From Williopsis jadinii (taxonomy: Eukaryota), in the NCBI GenBank assembly GCA_024346625.1, contig AP024665.1, positions 992,001-1,056,000 of the forward strand: a stretch of DNA of 64,000 nucleotides, written 5' to 3'. A program made the translations under genes and the position numbers. Shown piece after piece: positions 20,240-32,935 of this stretch. The notes under the pieces are model-generated. The model had not been told where the DNA came from and did not search any database. It saw only the letters and a list, made by a program, of their open reading frames with translations. Every line of letters starts with the position of its first letter. Position 1 is the first letter of the stretch.

Positions 20240-20739
20240 GCGTGCACGAGTGTTCATCAAGACATAAATATTCATCTTACGAAGTTTTAGAGACGTTATC
20301 GAACCATCAGAAAACAGAAATAAAAGCCAATACATAAACAATGAAGTATGAGAGTTTTTAAGGGGGAAAAACACCAACCATTTCGTTCGAGGGAGAGATT
20401 TATCAACCATGTGCTCAATTGAGTCTCGTGGCTGTTCTTCTTGGATGAAAATGCAACCTTATGACTTATTTACGAACGATTCAAAATCTATATATTATAT
20501 TGTGCTCCTTTTGTAGAGGAATTATATCCGGTTTCTTTACTCCACAGTGTGAAGTTTGTATAAAGTTGTGGGAGTAAAGAGCAGCAGTGGTTGATACATG
20601 GTAGAGTCAGCTAGCATTGTTCCCAAGACTCTGAGGATCTCGTAGTATTCACAGTATCCATATATAAATAGTATAAAGTCAGTTGAAGAACACGATCATA
20701 AAATTTCGTTAAAGCCCCATCCTCTCTTAGTTTGTAGAT

Positions 20740-23700
20740 TCATAGAGGCGTGTTTGGTTGACTCTTGGAGATGTGAATGGCCCTGGCTTTCAAAGCCTGG
20801 GCAAACAACAAGGCAATTGGCCAGATTGGAGCATCACCAAGTATACGTACTCCCAAGTACAGCCCTCTAGATGATAGTCTGGCGTTTTGGATCACTTTAC
20901 GGGTCTCGCTGATATCAGTATTTGGATGTACTGCACGCTTGGCAACTTCCTCATCCAAAATAGCAACGTCAAGAGCTCCTTTTGCCTCCAATCTCAGAAA
21001 CTCAGCATAGGTCTTGTTGTTGTCATCAAGCATAAGACACTGTTCAATCTTTTTGAAGATCATCTCAGACCGTAACCACAATGTACGTTCAACAGCGTTC
21101 AAATGGGTTGGTTCTTCATCGTAATTCTGTGCCCACTTCTCCACACTGAGCAGAAACTCTGCAATGATTAATAATGACGTGAAAATACAAGTGATGAAGA
21201 AAACAGGTGTACGGATCGAAGTTTTCTCAGCATCATTGTGAATGGAGACGTAGTCGATCCAAAGTTTGACGATATCCAGGGCATAGTTTGTGGAGTCTTT
21301 CAACGCCTCTGGATCGTTACGTAAATCTTTCAATGATTCATTCATACCTTCCCAGTCTTTCTGCCAAATCTTCTTGATGATTGGGGTCAGACTGACACAT
21401 TTTCTAATCTTTGCAAACGATAGCAAAGGTAATATCAGCCTTAGAATTGGGTTCTTGTTGTAGATGACAGATAAACTTGTCTCGTTCAAGTAGAAAACAC
21501 CACCATTTTGAATATACAAGCTCTCCCAGCTCTTAATCAATGACTCAATGAGAGGTCTTGAAGTCATTCTCCACTTTGTTGCTGCTAAAATACCATTGGT
21601 TTCGTTCTTCATAGCTATACGCTCCAGGTAAATCTTTTCGTGGATTGACATCAATAGAGATAACATTGTCTTCATCGGAATGGACTTGCCGCTGTGATCC
21701 CCATCGTTCAAGATGTAATTACTCAAAGTCAAATAGTTCAAACAGTTCGTGTACGAATCAGTACCGTTAGATAATTCAATAAGGGCAAATTTGGAGTCAA
21801 TCACGTAGTGTTTTTTGTTCAAGAATGCCATCCACTGGACGTAATCACCAGCTTCCCACAACTCATCCCACTTACAATGTATACCACATTTGATATCCAA
21901 GGAGTGCAAAGAATAGTCAAGACCAACCAAGGAGCTGAACAAGTTCGAAATCAACAAAATGATGTGACAAGTTCTGATTCTTGACTGAGCAAGGATGAAG
22001 TACTGAAAGTTTGCCTCTTGCGTTTGAATGGATGAGTTTTGTAAGTTATCGATAACAGGAGGTGGCGTGAAGAAAGTCTCCAATGGCATGTTCAAGGACG
22101 TCAATTTCACCAGCTCAATCAATGAGTTCAAAAAGATCGTCATAGTCTTTGTGACATTCAGGTCATTGTTGAAAATACCAATAAAGATCAACAAAACCAT
22201 ACTTTGGTATAGCCATACAGGTATATTGCTGTTGTTGTTAAAGCTCTTTTGATGTTCCAAATGTGAATGCACCCGATAACGTGCCACATTGAACAGCAGC
22301 AAAGCATGCCCGGAATGGAAAGAGTACAACGCACCAATTGATGCAATAGAAAGAATGAGTGGATAATTTTCCATAGATGGGTGTAAAGATCCCAAATGAA
22401 TGAACGGAAAATACTTGTCAAACTCATTTCTGTACTGCGTAGTGTACTGATTCAAGTCATCCAAGGATGGAAATTGAGATTCAGTGAGCTTGTTATCAGC
22501 CATGATTTGTTGTCGTAGTTCAGCGGTAAACAACGGCAATGACGTCTGTTTGATTTCCTCATTGTTCTCGATAACTTTTTTGAAAAGATCCACTTGTCTT
22601 GTTCTAAACATCTGAGAGATATCACTCGTGAATAAGTGGCTATTCGTTTTACGAACTTTCTTTTCAACTGGTGGTTGTGAACCATGGCTCATTGGAGAAC
22701 CATGATGCGAGATGTTGTGTTCAGAACCATGCGTTGATGGCGGTGAGATGCTTGGAACAAAACCAATTGAGTTGAAAGTCTTCATGTTGGTGCTGAAGTT
22801 CTGGTCAAACGGGGTGTTGATAAATTCTCCTAGCCAATCTTCTGGAGACATCTTATCATCGTGTATAGATGTAGAGGTTGTATCTGTGGGATGGCCCACG
22901 CTGCTGCCCTCATTACCACTTGCACCGACACTTGTAGCCTCCACATTTGATAGCTGCGGTGATGGGCCATTAGACTTGTGTGCAAACATGTTCAGGTTGA
23001 TATTGTTGGATGTACGCATGGTAAAACCAGCTCCACCACCACCAGAACCTGTATGAAGGTATTCGTTCAAGATTGGAACATCCATTAGTGAACCGCCAGG
23101 GGTGAGACTGAACTGGAATGGAGTACCAGGCTTTGTACCTTGATGATTTGGTTGATCAGATTTGGCATTAATACTGAAATAGTCTGAAGATTGATCCTCG
23201 TTCTGCTCTTTCTTGAAGTCCAAGCTGAAATCATGAATGTCATATTGCAAGCCCAAGGCTTGCAAATCGATACCACTCATTAAAGCTTTTGAGGTAAGCT
23301 CCTGGGCGGTTAGCTGAGGAGTTGCAAAACCAACTTGGTGTGGAGCCTCTGGTAACTCGTGCTGTCCTGGGTGTGCTAGCTGTAAATCAACAGTTTTCTG
23401 GTAAGAATGTGGTGAAGTCGCACTGAACGAGTTATGACGCTGTCTCTTGTGCGAAGGCTCAAGATGAGCACCACCGTTTGAAGAAGATACACTCATTCTA
23501 GTCGAATAGTGTTGGAACAGAGAGGACGTGGCGTCAAAGTCGTCGATAGTACTTCTTCTAGCATATCGCTGTGAGTTGTCGCTGAACGCCGAAGAAGCCC
23601 TCGGTTTCAGATGGTTATGGGGCTCCTCACCAAATTTATCGCTGCTTTCACCTTTATCAGCCACTTTATGTCCATTCCTAGCATCGGAAACGTCATCGCT

Positions 23701-24117
23701 ACCTCTCTTCATTGGCAAGGACACTTCCTTGTTACCGTAGTTCGTGATGATGTTATCCGTGTCCCCCTTTCTGGCATCCTTGAGCGTGCTGTTTGTACTC
23801 ATTCCAGAGTGTAGTTTTTGTTGATGACGAAGAACCAAATCCCTTCTTGCAAAGCAACGGCCACACGCAGCACACTGGAACGGTTTCTCGTTCGTGTGTG
23901 ATCTCTCATGACGCTTCAAGTGCTCCAGTCTTGCGAATCCACGGGTACACGTTGTACAGATGTGCGGTCTTGGTTTGTCTGTCTTGATAATCGCACTCTT
24001 CTTAGGGATTGGCTCGAAGCCTTGAACGCTCTGCTGAACCATCTTGGGCTTCTTCTTTTCAGGGCCCCCTACAACAACATCTTGCATTGACATGACTGTT
24101 ATCTGAGAGCTATCCAT
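20740..24117 (-). CDS. TDA9: C2H2 zinc-finger transcription factor of the Tda9/Rsf2 (Zms1) family
   Basis: [46 protein letters not shown] plus a fungal TF domain; adjacent to ATP18 as in S. cerevisiae. Confidence 0.88.
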   Translation of the reverse strand: MDSSQITVMSMQDVVVGGPEKKKPKMVQQSVQGFEPIPKKSAIIKTDKPRPHICTTCTRGFARLEHLKRHERSHTNEKPFQCAACGRCFARRDLVLRHQQKLHSGMSTNSTLKDARKGDTDNIITNYGNKEVSLPMKRGSDDVSDARNGHKVADKGESSDKFGEEPHNHLKPRASSAFSDNSQRYARRSTIDDFDATSSLFQHYSTRMSVSSSNGGAHLEPSHKRQRHNSFSATSPHSYQKTVDLQLAHPGQHELPEAPHQVGFATPQLTAQELTSKALMSGIDLQALGLQYDIHDFSLDFKKEQNEDQSSDYFSINAKSDQPNHQGTKPGTPFQFSLTPGGSLMDVPILNEYLHTGSGGGGAGFTMRTSNNINLNMFAHKSNGPSPQLSNVEATSVGASGNEGSSVGHPTDTTSTSIHDDKMSPEDWLGEFINTPFDQNFSTNMKTFNSIGFVPSISPPSTHGSEHNISHHGSPMSHGSQPPVEKKVRKTNSHLFTSDISQMFRTRQVDLFKKVIENNEEIKQTSLPLFTAELRQQIMADNKLTESQFPSLDDLNQYTTQYRNEFDKYFPFIHLGSLHPSMENYPLILSIASIGALYSFHSGHALLLFNVARYRVHSHLEHQKSFNNNSNIPVWLYQSMVLLIFIGIFNNDLNVTKTMTIFLNSLIELVKLTSLNMPLETFFTPPPVIDNLQNSSIQTQEANFQYFILAQSRIRTCHIILLISNLFSSLVGLDYSLHSLDIKCGIHCKWDELWEAGDYVQWMAFLNKKHYVIDSKFALIELSNGTDSYTNCLNYLTLSNYILNDGDHSGKSIPMKTMLSLLMSIHEKIYLERIAMKNETNGILAATKWRMTSRPLIESLIKSWESLYIQNGGVFYLNETSLSVIYNKNPILRLILPLLSFAKIRKCVSLTPIIKKIWQKDWEGMNESLKDLRNDPEALKDSTNYALDIVKLWIDYVSIHNDAEKTSIRTPVFFITCIFTSLLIIAEFLLSVEKWAQNYDEEPTHLNAVERTLWLRSEMIFKKIEQCLMLDDNNKTYAEFLRLEAKGALDVAILDEEVAKRAVHPNTDISETRKVIQNARLSSRGLYLGVRILGDAPIWPIALLFAQALKARAIHISKSQPNTPL

Positions 24118-27100
24118 GGGCTATGCAGTCTTTCAGTGATCGATATTCGAGCTTCACCAGTCTGAAGCAAACAGATACAATAACACGGGTCTGCCTATGC
24201 GCCTCACAACTTTCTGCCTGTTACTGTTCTGACAGACAAAAATACACGAAAAAAACACAAAAACTCTCCACAGTGGTACTAACGTTGGAAAATCGGATGT
24301 TAGCTCTGTTTAGAAACGAAGAGTATTATCTCGTATAGATGTTCCTATTCTTGTTTGAAAAAAGGTGTGTGTGTGGGTAAGTTTTTGGGATATTAACAAG
24401 TGTTTGGGATATAGTGCAAAAAATCCCCCCTATGTGTATAAAAGAGACTTGTGAATTGATGACCAGCTTTTCTTAATTTGTTGAAGAGAAGCGCCTCCGG
24501 TCAAATTTTTTTTTTCCTTCCTTATGCGTCCGTACTTTGGGCAAAATTCCCGGTCTGAGCAACAGCTGCTTGGATGGAAAAGGCTAAAACATTTGGCTTT
24601 GAGCCTCAGTCCGCTCGTGGTAATCTGACAGGTTTTCTCAATAAAAGCATGGAGTGCTTAGTAGGTGCAAATTACGTTTCAGCAAGGCTACGCCCATTCT
24701 GCACTTTTTACACACATGATTACTACGTGTAATCATGCTAGAGGGATTATAAATGGATTGCTTTTGGTAGACCCAGTGCTCTGGGATTGCTGAGTTCGAA
24801 CTACGTTCAACAGGTGAAACAGAATTATTCTCCTGTATTCGTTTTCTCCCTGTTTGACTAATTTATCCCCAGACCGTTGGAAACTTTGAAGCATTGAAAA
24901 TTGCACCGTTTTTCCGGCTCCCGATTTGCCTCTGCAGTGCTTTCAGCGGTTTGGCTTCCTCTTTCGCTCGGTCTTTCGCAGCTCGCGAGGCGAAACCAGT
25001 GGGCAAAAGAAAAAAAGAGCTTGACGTCTATTCGAGGAGTCCGGGGGAGAGATTTCCCCCAGGGCTGCCGAGCCAAGTTTTACGCATAGGTACATGATGA
25101 TACGCACAGCACGTCGAGACTGGGACGGCATTTAGGGCAAAGATAAGTGGGTCGGGAATATTGGCTGTGACTCCCTGAGTCATTCCAAGTGATCCATATG
25201 ATTAAAGTGGTAACCTTCAAAGTAGCAACAGACAGCCTGTTCCGAACCGAAACTACATGGAGCAAGAAGTTTTAACATTTGAAGTGAAGGTTGCCAGGGT
25301 AACACTCTTTTCCCCGGCGGGTCCTGGTGTAGTGCCTATCAGTCTACAAGTGTGCTCAAGTTGCAGGCAAAAACGCATGTTGTACTAAATCAACAGCAAA
25401 GCTGGATGGATGCTGTCTTGAACAGTAAACGTTGTCACCCATGGAGGGGCACAACAATGCGATAAATGATGGAAGTGGATATGGCGCGATTGTAAATTGT
25501 AGCGAATGAGGGGCCGGTGGTTGCCGCTTTGCCCCATGATCTTCAAGGAAAAACTCACGAATAATTTAGACCTCCAGGCAGCTGAACCCTATCTACACGG
25601 CATGGATTTTGGGAATCCATCGTGTCACGCCAAACCTATGTGATACTACATCGGCGTTACAACCAATCAACAACTTGTGCAGTTGGCGCTGTATTGTGTA
25701 GCAATACTGAACTAACTCAGTATTCATACGACGCCTCAAACACGCACAATTCTTCAGCCGTGACCACCTAAAAAAACCTGTATTTTTGCTTCTAATTTTT
25801 CCACACCGTTAGAAGGGACCAAAAACTCTGTGACGTTACGATGTGGGCGAAATACTGTCATGGATGGCAAGCTGTGTTGAGTGAAAGACCAAATGCACTA
25901 AGAATCCCCAGTGTGGAGTGGCAAATTTCTTACTCCAGTTTCTACTAAACGACATGTGTTATTCTGCTTTCGAAGAGAGTGCATGATATTTAGTAGGATC
26001 CCCTGAGGCTCCATCGGGGCGGTGGGCGTGTGTTTCGTTGGTATTTCCCATGCGAAAACTTATCGCACAGCTTACAGCAAGCGAATCGTAAACTATATTT
26101 GGACTTGTATGCAGTCACCAATTAGAGGTTCGAACATTCTCGTGCTGCCACACAATTACAAGAAGGTCAAACAGAACCGGGACGTATAAGAAATGAAAAA
26201 AAAAAACTGCTAGATGATGACGTATTCTATGGAAAAGGATGTGTACTATGCACCATGGACTCCTGACGGACGCTTGTGGTAACCGGTTTCCAGTCTTGTG
26301 CTGCACGTAGCGACCAATCAAAAGTGTTCCGACGTTTCGGCGTTATGATTAGCTTAGAGGGCTTCTAAAGAGTGCTTGTGTCTGCGAGCTTTCTCCCTAG
26401 GGGATCACTCATCTGCATTTACTCCACATGGATGGCTCAACACACTTTAGGAGTTTCATGCCAGCAAATAGATGGAACAGCTGTGTAAACTCTGTTTCAA
26501 AGACCCTAAAGAAGGCCAAATCTGACTTCAGGTGTGTTCGTTCCTCAGATTTTTTACCTGTGTGTTTTTTCATTGGAAGTTAGCAACTGGTCTTTCTCCG
26601 CATTTACGAACACACATGCAATAGCAAAGTACCACGGTTAAATATGAAAATCTCTGCCTGTGTGATGTGAACTCCGAGTTACGGAGAGGGACCATTCAAG
26701 GATCAGCAGGAAATGGGGTACACCGAAGGAAGATCCAAGATTATCGGACTTCCAACATCGCAGTGGAGCATTGAACTTTGACTCGTAGTCAAACTGATCA
26801 AATTTGCCTGTCGGACTTATAATTTTCCTTTTTGAATTCCGACGTGAGCAACGGAATCCGCATCACATGTGAGACCGAAGGAGGGTCTATAACACAATCA
26901 TATAATAACCGTCGATATGTTGAGTGTTTAATCTGTTTGCCCATGATAACTGAGAGTTTGAACCGGAGTCCGAAAACATCAATTATGTATGATGCGCCGA
27001 GTTCGTTAATCAGCTGCTATCGAGACTTACTATGCTTAGAAGTAATCAGCTCAGCTCGTTTGAACTTGGTCAAGAAGTGGTTTTACAGTAGCGAGAATTC

Positions 27101-28775
27101 CTATATCTGAACTAAATACACACAAAATTTAAAAGGACGAGGAGTACTTATGATGTAACTGTAACTTACACTCCTGGTTTTGATCGAATTGTGGACCTTT
27201 ATCATGCTCGCTGTTCTTGACTTTGACGGGGTGAATGTTAGCCAAGCTCTAGGTGGCGATATACTGGATGATCTTGGGATCAGGCCAAATGGTTATAACT
27301 AGGTGGGTAGCATGAATTGTGTCTGCCGTCTTGCTTAAGTTCAATTTCAGTTGATCCCCAAGTATTATCACAATCTGTCAATCTTGTCTTACAATTAGAG
27401 CTGGTGTCCATCTTACAAGGGCTCTCATTAGGGGTCACCAAGATGTGATTTTCTGTGATTCATGCTTCTGGTCCTCTTATTGATATATCTCTAAGGCATC
27501 ACCACCTAAATTATGTCTGTCATACATCCCGGATCCAGCTACAGATATCTTCGGTGGTGTCTTGATCTAACGCCTGTAACAATTTAAACATCCTAGTTAC
27601 CACATGATCAACAATAGAGATCTCTTATTAAGGAGATATTAAATTCTTGTGTGGGCGTCATGAGTTTCTTGATGACGCCTGTGAGTGCAGTCCAGGAAAA
27701 GGTCTGGATCAGAAATAACGAATGGCTCAAAGATCATGAGTAAAAGCTCGCAGTTAACAGACTCTACAAGATGATCCTTCAAGGCAAGAAGTGATTAGTA
27801 GACTACTAATCAACTGGGAAGGACTGTTTTACTTTTCTTCACAGACCAAGGCAAGTTAAACATTCACATTGTTACACTGCGCGGAAATCTTCTGAACAGT
27901 ACCGTTGGTAATGATATGACGTAGAATCTTCGTCAATGGGGCTTCTCCAACGTTGACACAAACCTATTGATGATTCAATACAATTTCACATGTGGCGTTA
28001 CCATGATTACGCCTGGATGGTTTACGAAAAAAGCTAGACAAATGTGTACTTGTTCAGTTCAGCTCTACAGTGCAATGCTTTACTCACCGAGTGCCATTAT
28101 GGTGAAGAACAGGTTTGCAAGTGGCTGTGTGGTCCCCATACATGATCTTAACTTTACTCGTCCCTATTACCAATCGATGGCCATAATATATCCCCTGGTG
28201 CCCAGATAACTCCCAATCTGTCAGCCCTGGTGTAGTTAGTTCTATATACTTGTAAATACGATTGAATAAGCCACAGGGATGATTTCCCCAACATTTAAAT
28301 AATTGATGATAATCCATTGTATCATAGAAATAGCATATAATTTGCTGGAGTCATCGTCGCAGGTTTCCTTTGTTGCTTTACAGCGAGATAGTTCTACGTC
28401 TTTCGAAACAAACAAAGGGCCAAAACTTGCGACAGAAGGACAAAAGAGGGCCAGGTGATATACAGAAAGAGTCCCGAAGATCTAGAGAACAACAGATTAG
28501 ACTTCGAATTCGTCAACCGGTACTCCGGTAAAGTTCATACACTTTGCAGTGTCTTTTCAAAATCTGTGGAGTAGGAATGTATAACTTTTTAATAGTATTA
28601 TACCACTTAAAATACTATGTAACGTTGCAATTTGGTTCATTACACTATGCCAAATATTTATGCCATGATTAATCCCTACACCAAGACAGAGGAACCAAAA
28701 AAGACCATCACGAAATCCTCTAAAAAGTAAACAAACAAGAAAGACAATGTGCTTCTTCCGAGTCTGCGTCTTCTT

Positions 28776-31148
28776 ATGATTGAGATTGGTGAACGAGTCA
28801 CGTTCAAGGACCTTGAAGGTGTAGTGAGGTTTGTTGGTGAGACACGCTTTGCGCCTGGTCTTTGGGTCGGAGTTGAGTTGACTACTCGCAACGGTAAGAA
28901 TGATGGCAGTGTCAAAGGGGATCGTTATTTCACATGTGAAAAAGACCACGGGATATTTGTCAGGGAGTCTATGCTTTCAAGGAATAGTGATAGATCTGCC
29001 GCTCCACTTGAGTCAAGTGAACATTCCAGCAACAGCTCAGTTATAGAAAATGTCAAGTTGAAAACTATCGTTCAACGACTGGAAGGTAAGCTGGAAAGAA
29101 TGCATTTGGAGATAACATCGTTGAAGATAAAACTAGGAGACGCAAAGGAGAAGAATGATCTTCTACAAGGTCAGGTGACTGCGGCAGATGAAGGCTTAGA
29201 GATTCTTTCCATTGACAAGGAAACTCTTACTGAGCAGAATGAACTTTTAAAGCAGGATATCGAGGACCTTACCGAGAAGAATCAGAAGTTACAGGTTGAA
29301 GTTGAACAACTAAGAGAGGAGATTAAACTTTTACAGGATGTTTCACCACAACCCATTGATCTTGCCGAAAGGAACACAATGCTTGAAAAGGCATTGCTAA
29401 CGTTACGTGACAGAACAGAGGAGCTAGAACAACAGTTAGAAACAGCTTTGATCGAACTCAAGTCACGTGAAGATGCCGTTGAGGACAGTAATAAACTTGC
29501 AGTCAGGGAGTTACAAGAGAAAGTTAGCCAGTTAGAGAAAGCGAGACTTGAACAAGAAGATATAGAGGCACTCCATATCGACACGGAACGTGAACTTCAA
29601 TCCCAAGTGGATTCTTTGGAGAGGATAATCGACGAGAAACAACTACTCATAACTGAGTTGAAGGCTGATAAGTTGCAACTGATCCAATTGACAGAACAGA
29701 GCAAATATCCTAACGGTAATGAGATTGATAAAAGACTCCTGGATGATTTAGAGCTAAAATTGAACAGGTTGAAACAACACAAAATTTCCCTAGATATTGA
29801 CCATATGGTGCTCCAAAGAGAGGTAAACGAACGAGAAGATTTGGTGAAGGAAATTTTGAAGAGATCATCTGTGAATGTTGATCATGTGAGATCCAGGTTA
29901 GAAATTGAAAAGTTTCAAAGCTTAGCTGAGAACCTCGGAAGTTATATCGATGCCGGAGATGATGTCCAAGTTAACCTTCTTGGAGAACTGTTCAGGTTGA
30001 GATTGAGACTTTTTGGAACAACTTTAAGGTATATTGGCAGACTATATGAAAGTTCTTCAACTAGAGGACTATTACCTTTAACTTCAGTCCAAATGGTACT
30101 ATCAGATTGTGTTCAGCATATCAAAGATCAAGAATATGGCAACATTCCGAACTTCAGTGCTACAGAACATGAATTAATACAGGAAGAACTCCTTGTTGGA
30201 ATAACTTTTGAAAACAACTTCACGTTACAGTACGAACTAGAATCCCAGATTTGTACCTGTGACTGCATTTTGACTGTTGTGGAGTTGTTAAAGAATAAAG
30301 GAATCGAAGAGAATTCACAAGAACTTACCGAATTATTTCGGTCATCATCAGATAGAATATCTCGGAATAATGAAATACTCAAGGAGCTTGAAAGAGAAAC
30401 ACTGAACAACCACGAGATCACAAAGTGCACCATCAAATCAATCACAACTGATGTGATTTCATTTCTTGAAAATATTATTTCTGGGTTGGCAGTTTTCTCT
30501 TTGAGACCAGAAAATCTACTAAGAGAGTCAAAGACTTTACTTCATACACTTTCGCAACTTCCAGGATCGATTAAATGGGAATCACACTCTGTGGAAATGA
30601 ATGAACTCTCTGAAAAGAAGGACGAAAACCTCTTATCATCGGATGTTATGGCACTGAAATCAAATCTTTCTGAGAAAGAGCAAAAAATTGAAGAGTATGA
30701 GGCCAAGATTGAAGTTTTGCAGATGAGGGTAGAGTCAAACAAGGAAACAGAGAAACAGATGAAAAAATACAGAAATGAATGCATGATTCTTTCTGAAACA
30801 AATGCAACAGTCAGTGCTCAACTGGAAGAGCTTCTTATGGAGAACAAACAACTCACAAAAGAAGCTCAAAAGTCAAGGAATAATAATCTGCTATTCAACG
30901 CTCAGTTCGAAACGATCACAGAACAGAAGAAGTTTGTTGAGCATATGGACTTGGTCTCTGAAATTCACACTTTGAGGAACACTGTACGTCATTTTACATC
31001 GCTGGCATTGGAAACCACCAAATACGACTGGCTTTCAATACCATTACCTTCTTATGAGCCTTTCCACCGCGAGGAGGTAGATGAGCTACGCGATATTGGG
31101 AAGTCGTTAAGGGAATTAGTTACACGTAAGCTATCGTTACAACATTAA
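28776..31148 (+). CDS. NIP100: Dynactin p150Glued subunit
   Basis: ATG 28776; CAP-Gly GKNDGSVKG; long coiled coils; adjacent to SPT14. Confidence 0.88.
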   Translation: MIEIGERVTFKDLEGVVRFVGETRFAPGLWVGVELTTRNGKNDGSVKGDRYFTCEKDHGIFVRESMLSRNSDRSAAPLESSEHSSNSSVIENVKLKTIVQRLEGKLERMHLEITSLKIKLGDAKEKNDLLQGQVTAADEGLEILSIDKETLTEQNELLKQDIEDLTEKNQKLQVEVEQLREEIKLLQDVSPQPIDLAERNTMLEKALLTLRDRTEELEQQLETALIELKSREDAVEDSNKLAVRELQEKVSQLEKARLEQEDIEALHIDTERELQSQVDSLERIIDEKQLLITELKADKLQLIQLTEQSKYPNGNEIDKRLLDDLELKLNRLKQHKISLDIDHMVLQREVNEREDLVKEILKRSSVNVDHVRSRLEIEKFQSLAENLGSYIDAGDDVQVNLLGELFRLRLRLFGTTLRYIGRLYESSSTRGLLPLTSVQMVLSDCVQHIKDQEYGNIPNFSATEHELIQEELLVGITFENNFTLQYELESQICTCDCILTVVELLKNKGIEENSQELTELFRSSSDRISRNNEILKELERETLNNHEITKCTIKSITTDVISFLENIISGLAVFSLRPENLLRESKTLLHTLSQLPGSIKWESHSVEMNELSEKKDENLLSSDVMALKSNLSEKEQKIEEYEAKIEVLQMRVESNKETEKQMKKYRNECMILSETNATVSAQLEELLMENKQLTKEAQKSRNNNLLFNAQFETITEQKKFVEHMDLVSEIHTLRNTVRHFTSLALETTKYDWLSIPLPSYEPFHREEVDELRDIGKSLRELVTRKLSLQH

Positions 31149-31161
31149 ACACGTGTTGGAT

Positions 31162-32553
31162 TCAAGGTTTGTTGTGAATTCTTGCAGGCCTTGACTTTGG
31201 CCATTTAGCCACCTTTTCAATCCTGCTCCTTGGGAAAAGAACTTCCAAGAATTGATATAGAAATATATCGATTATGAAACATAGGATGAAAAGTTTGCCA
31301 GCCCAAGCACCCATTCTGTACAACTCTTTAATTTCATCAATGGTTTCCTGCTTGTGATCATCTGGAATCGAGTCGTAGACAATTTCTGTTCTTCTGGCAA
31401 CATCCTCCCATGAATACATGTTTTTAACTTGTAGATGGAATTCAGAAGTATCAACTTTACCAGCCTCAATAAGACGTATGGCCTTTGACGCAGATTTGAC
31501 CAATGAATCCACTGATGGGTTAGCATAGATAGTCATCTGTGGGGGTAGAACTTCTGGAACTCCACCAACTCTTGTGGTGACCACCAACAGCCCACAGCTT
31601 GCTGCCTCTACAAGCACTGTGCCGAAGGCCTCTGTTAAAGATGCATGTAGATAGATATCACCCTTTACCATTAGATTTCTAACTTCTTCATGTTTCACCC
31701 CACCAATCAGTTCAACACGGTCCTGTAGTCTATAAGTCTCGATTGTCTGTTGGATTTCGACGAATTTAGGCCCATCACCAGCGATGATGAAGCGGACCTT
31801 CTCGTGCTGTTTACAAACTTTCGGTATCAAGGCAGCCAGTAGATCAGCACCCTTATTGGGGAAAAGACGAGATATCACCACAATGGTGATCGTCCCATCG
31901 TTCTTTTTAACCTCTGCAGGCTTGAAATCCTCTGATATCACTGCATTTGGTATGACACTGACCTTTGAAGGGTTTATCTTCCCTCGCAGAACAACGTTCT
32001 CTTTACAAGTATGGGAGACACATATCAGATGGTTTGTGAAGACAGACGTATAGCCCAAGGACTTATTCCCCATGATACTGCCAACGTCAGCGAATCCAAA
32101 CAAGGAATGCTCAGTCATCACCGTCTTCAATCCCATGGTATGGGCATGCATTATACCCTCATGTGTCAATGGACTCATCGAGGCGTGGCCATGTACCACC
32201 TGGATCCCTTCCCTGATGTAGACGTTTCTCAACAACGGGAACGCACTGAATATCGTCGGCAGCGATGCGTTTCTGTAGAAGGCGAAGAACGGCATGTAGT
32301 ACACTTTCAGTCCATTGGTCAGGTACCGTATTCCTCGACGGTCTCGGTACGAGTGTGTTATGATGATAACACTGTGTCCCCGGGCGATGAGCTGTTGTGC
32401 CAGATGGTATATGTGGAACTCCACACCACCTGGCTGTGGGTAGAAGAAGTCACAAACCATACTTCAAAACAACAAACAACCCATGTTAGTATCACAGAGG
32501 TTCAGATCGGTGCTAGCAAGCCAACAGGTCACTTACGCAATGTTATAAGGCAT
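31162..32553 (-). CDS. SPT14: GPI-GlcNAc transferase catalytic subunit (PIG-A/Gpi3); exons 32553-32537 and 32461-31162
   Basis: Intron GTAAGT..TACTAAC..AAG (32536-32462) gives MPYNIAMVCDFFYPQPGGVE; GT4 motif EAFGTVLVEA. Confidence 0.95.
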
Positions 32554-32578
32554 TGTGTTCTGTTCAGCCAGTGGCTCG

Positions 32579-32626
32579 AGCCAATAGTTCAGCCAACGGT
32601 TCAGCCAACGGTTCCATCAACGGTTC
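32579..32626. repeat. 12-bp tandem repeat x4 (AGCCAACGGTTC)
   Basis: agccaatagttc agccaacggttc agccaacggttc catcaacggttc. Confidence 0.85.
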
Positions 32627-32935
32627 GAGCTCTGGCTTCACGCTGCTGAACAAGAGACGCCCAGCTGAACTGGGCAGCCGCCCGCGCGCGCTCGCTCGCT
32701 CCAGCCCAACAGCCCTGCTGAAGCCAGAAAAGCCTCCCCCTACGCCCCAGCGCGGGAGCCAAATTTACACAGAACGGGGCGGGACGCAGAGGTGGGAAAC
32801 TAGGAAAAAGCGCACCGGAACACAATCTACAAACAGCCAAAGAGCGCCCACGGTTCCCTTAAAACTTCGGAATAGTTGCGGAGTGAAGTGGTTTGGCCTC
32901 TTTGGATTGTGTACACTAGGCACTGAGAACTGAGG

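Noticed and set aside
24277..24303. TACTAAC...TAG on the + strand upstream of TDA9
   Set aside because: Wrong strand for TDA9 and no upstream donor
32615..32632. GGTTCGA B-box-like words (also near 3321 and 24792)
   Set aside because: No cloverleaf or A box; not tRNA genes
32011..32933. 212-aa and 126-aa + strand ORFs
   Set aside because: Antisense to SPT14 or created by the 12-bp promoter repeat; no family features
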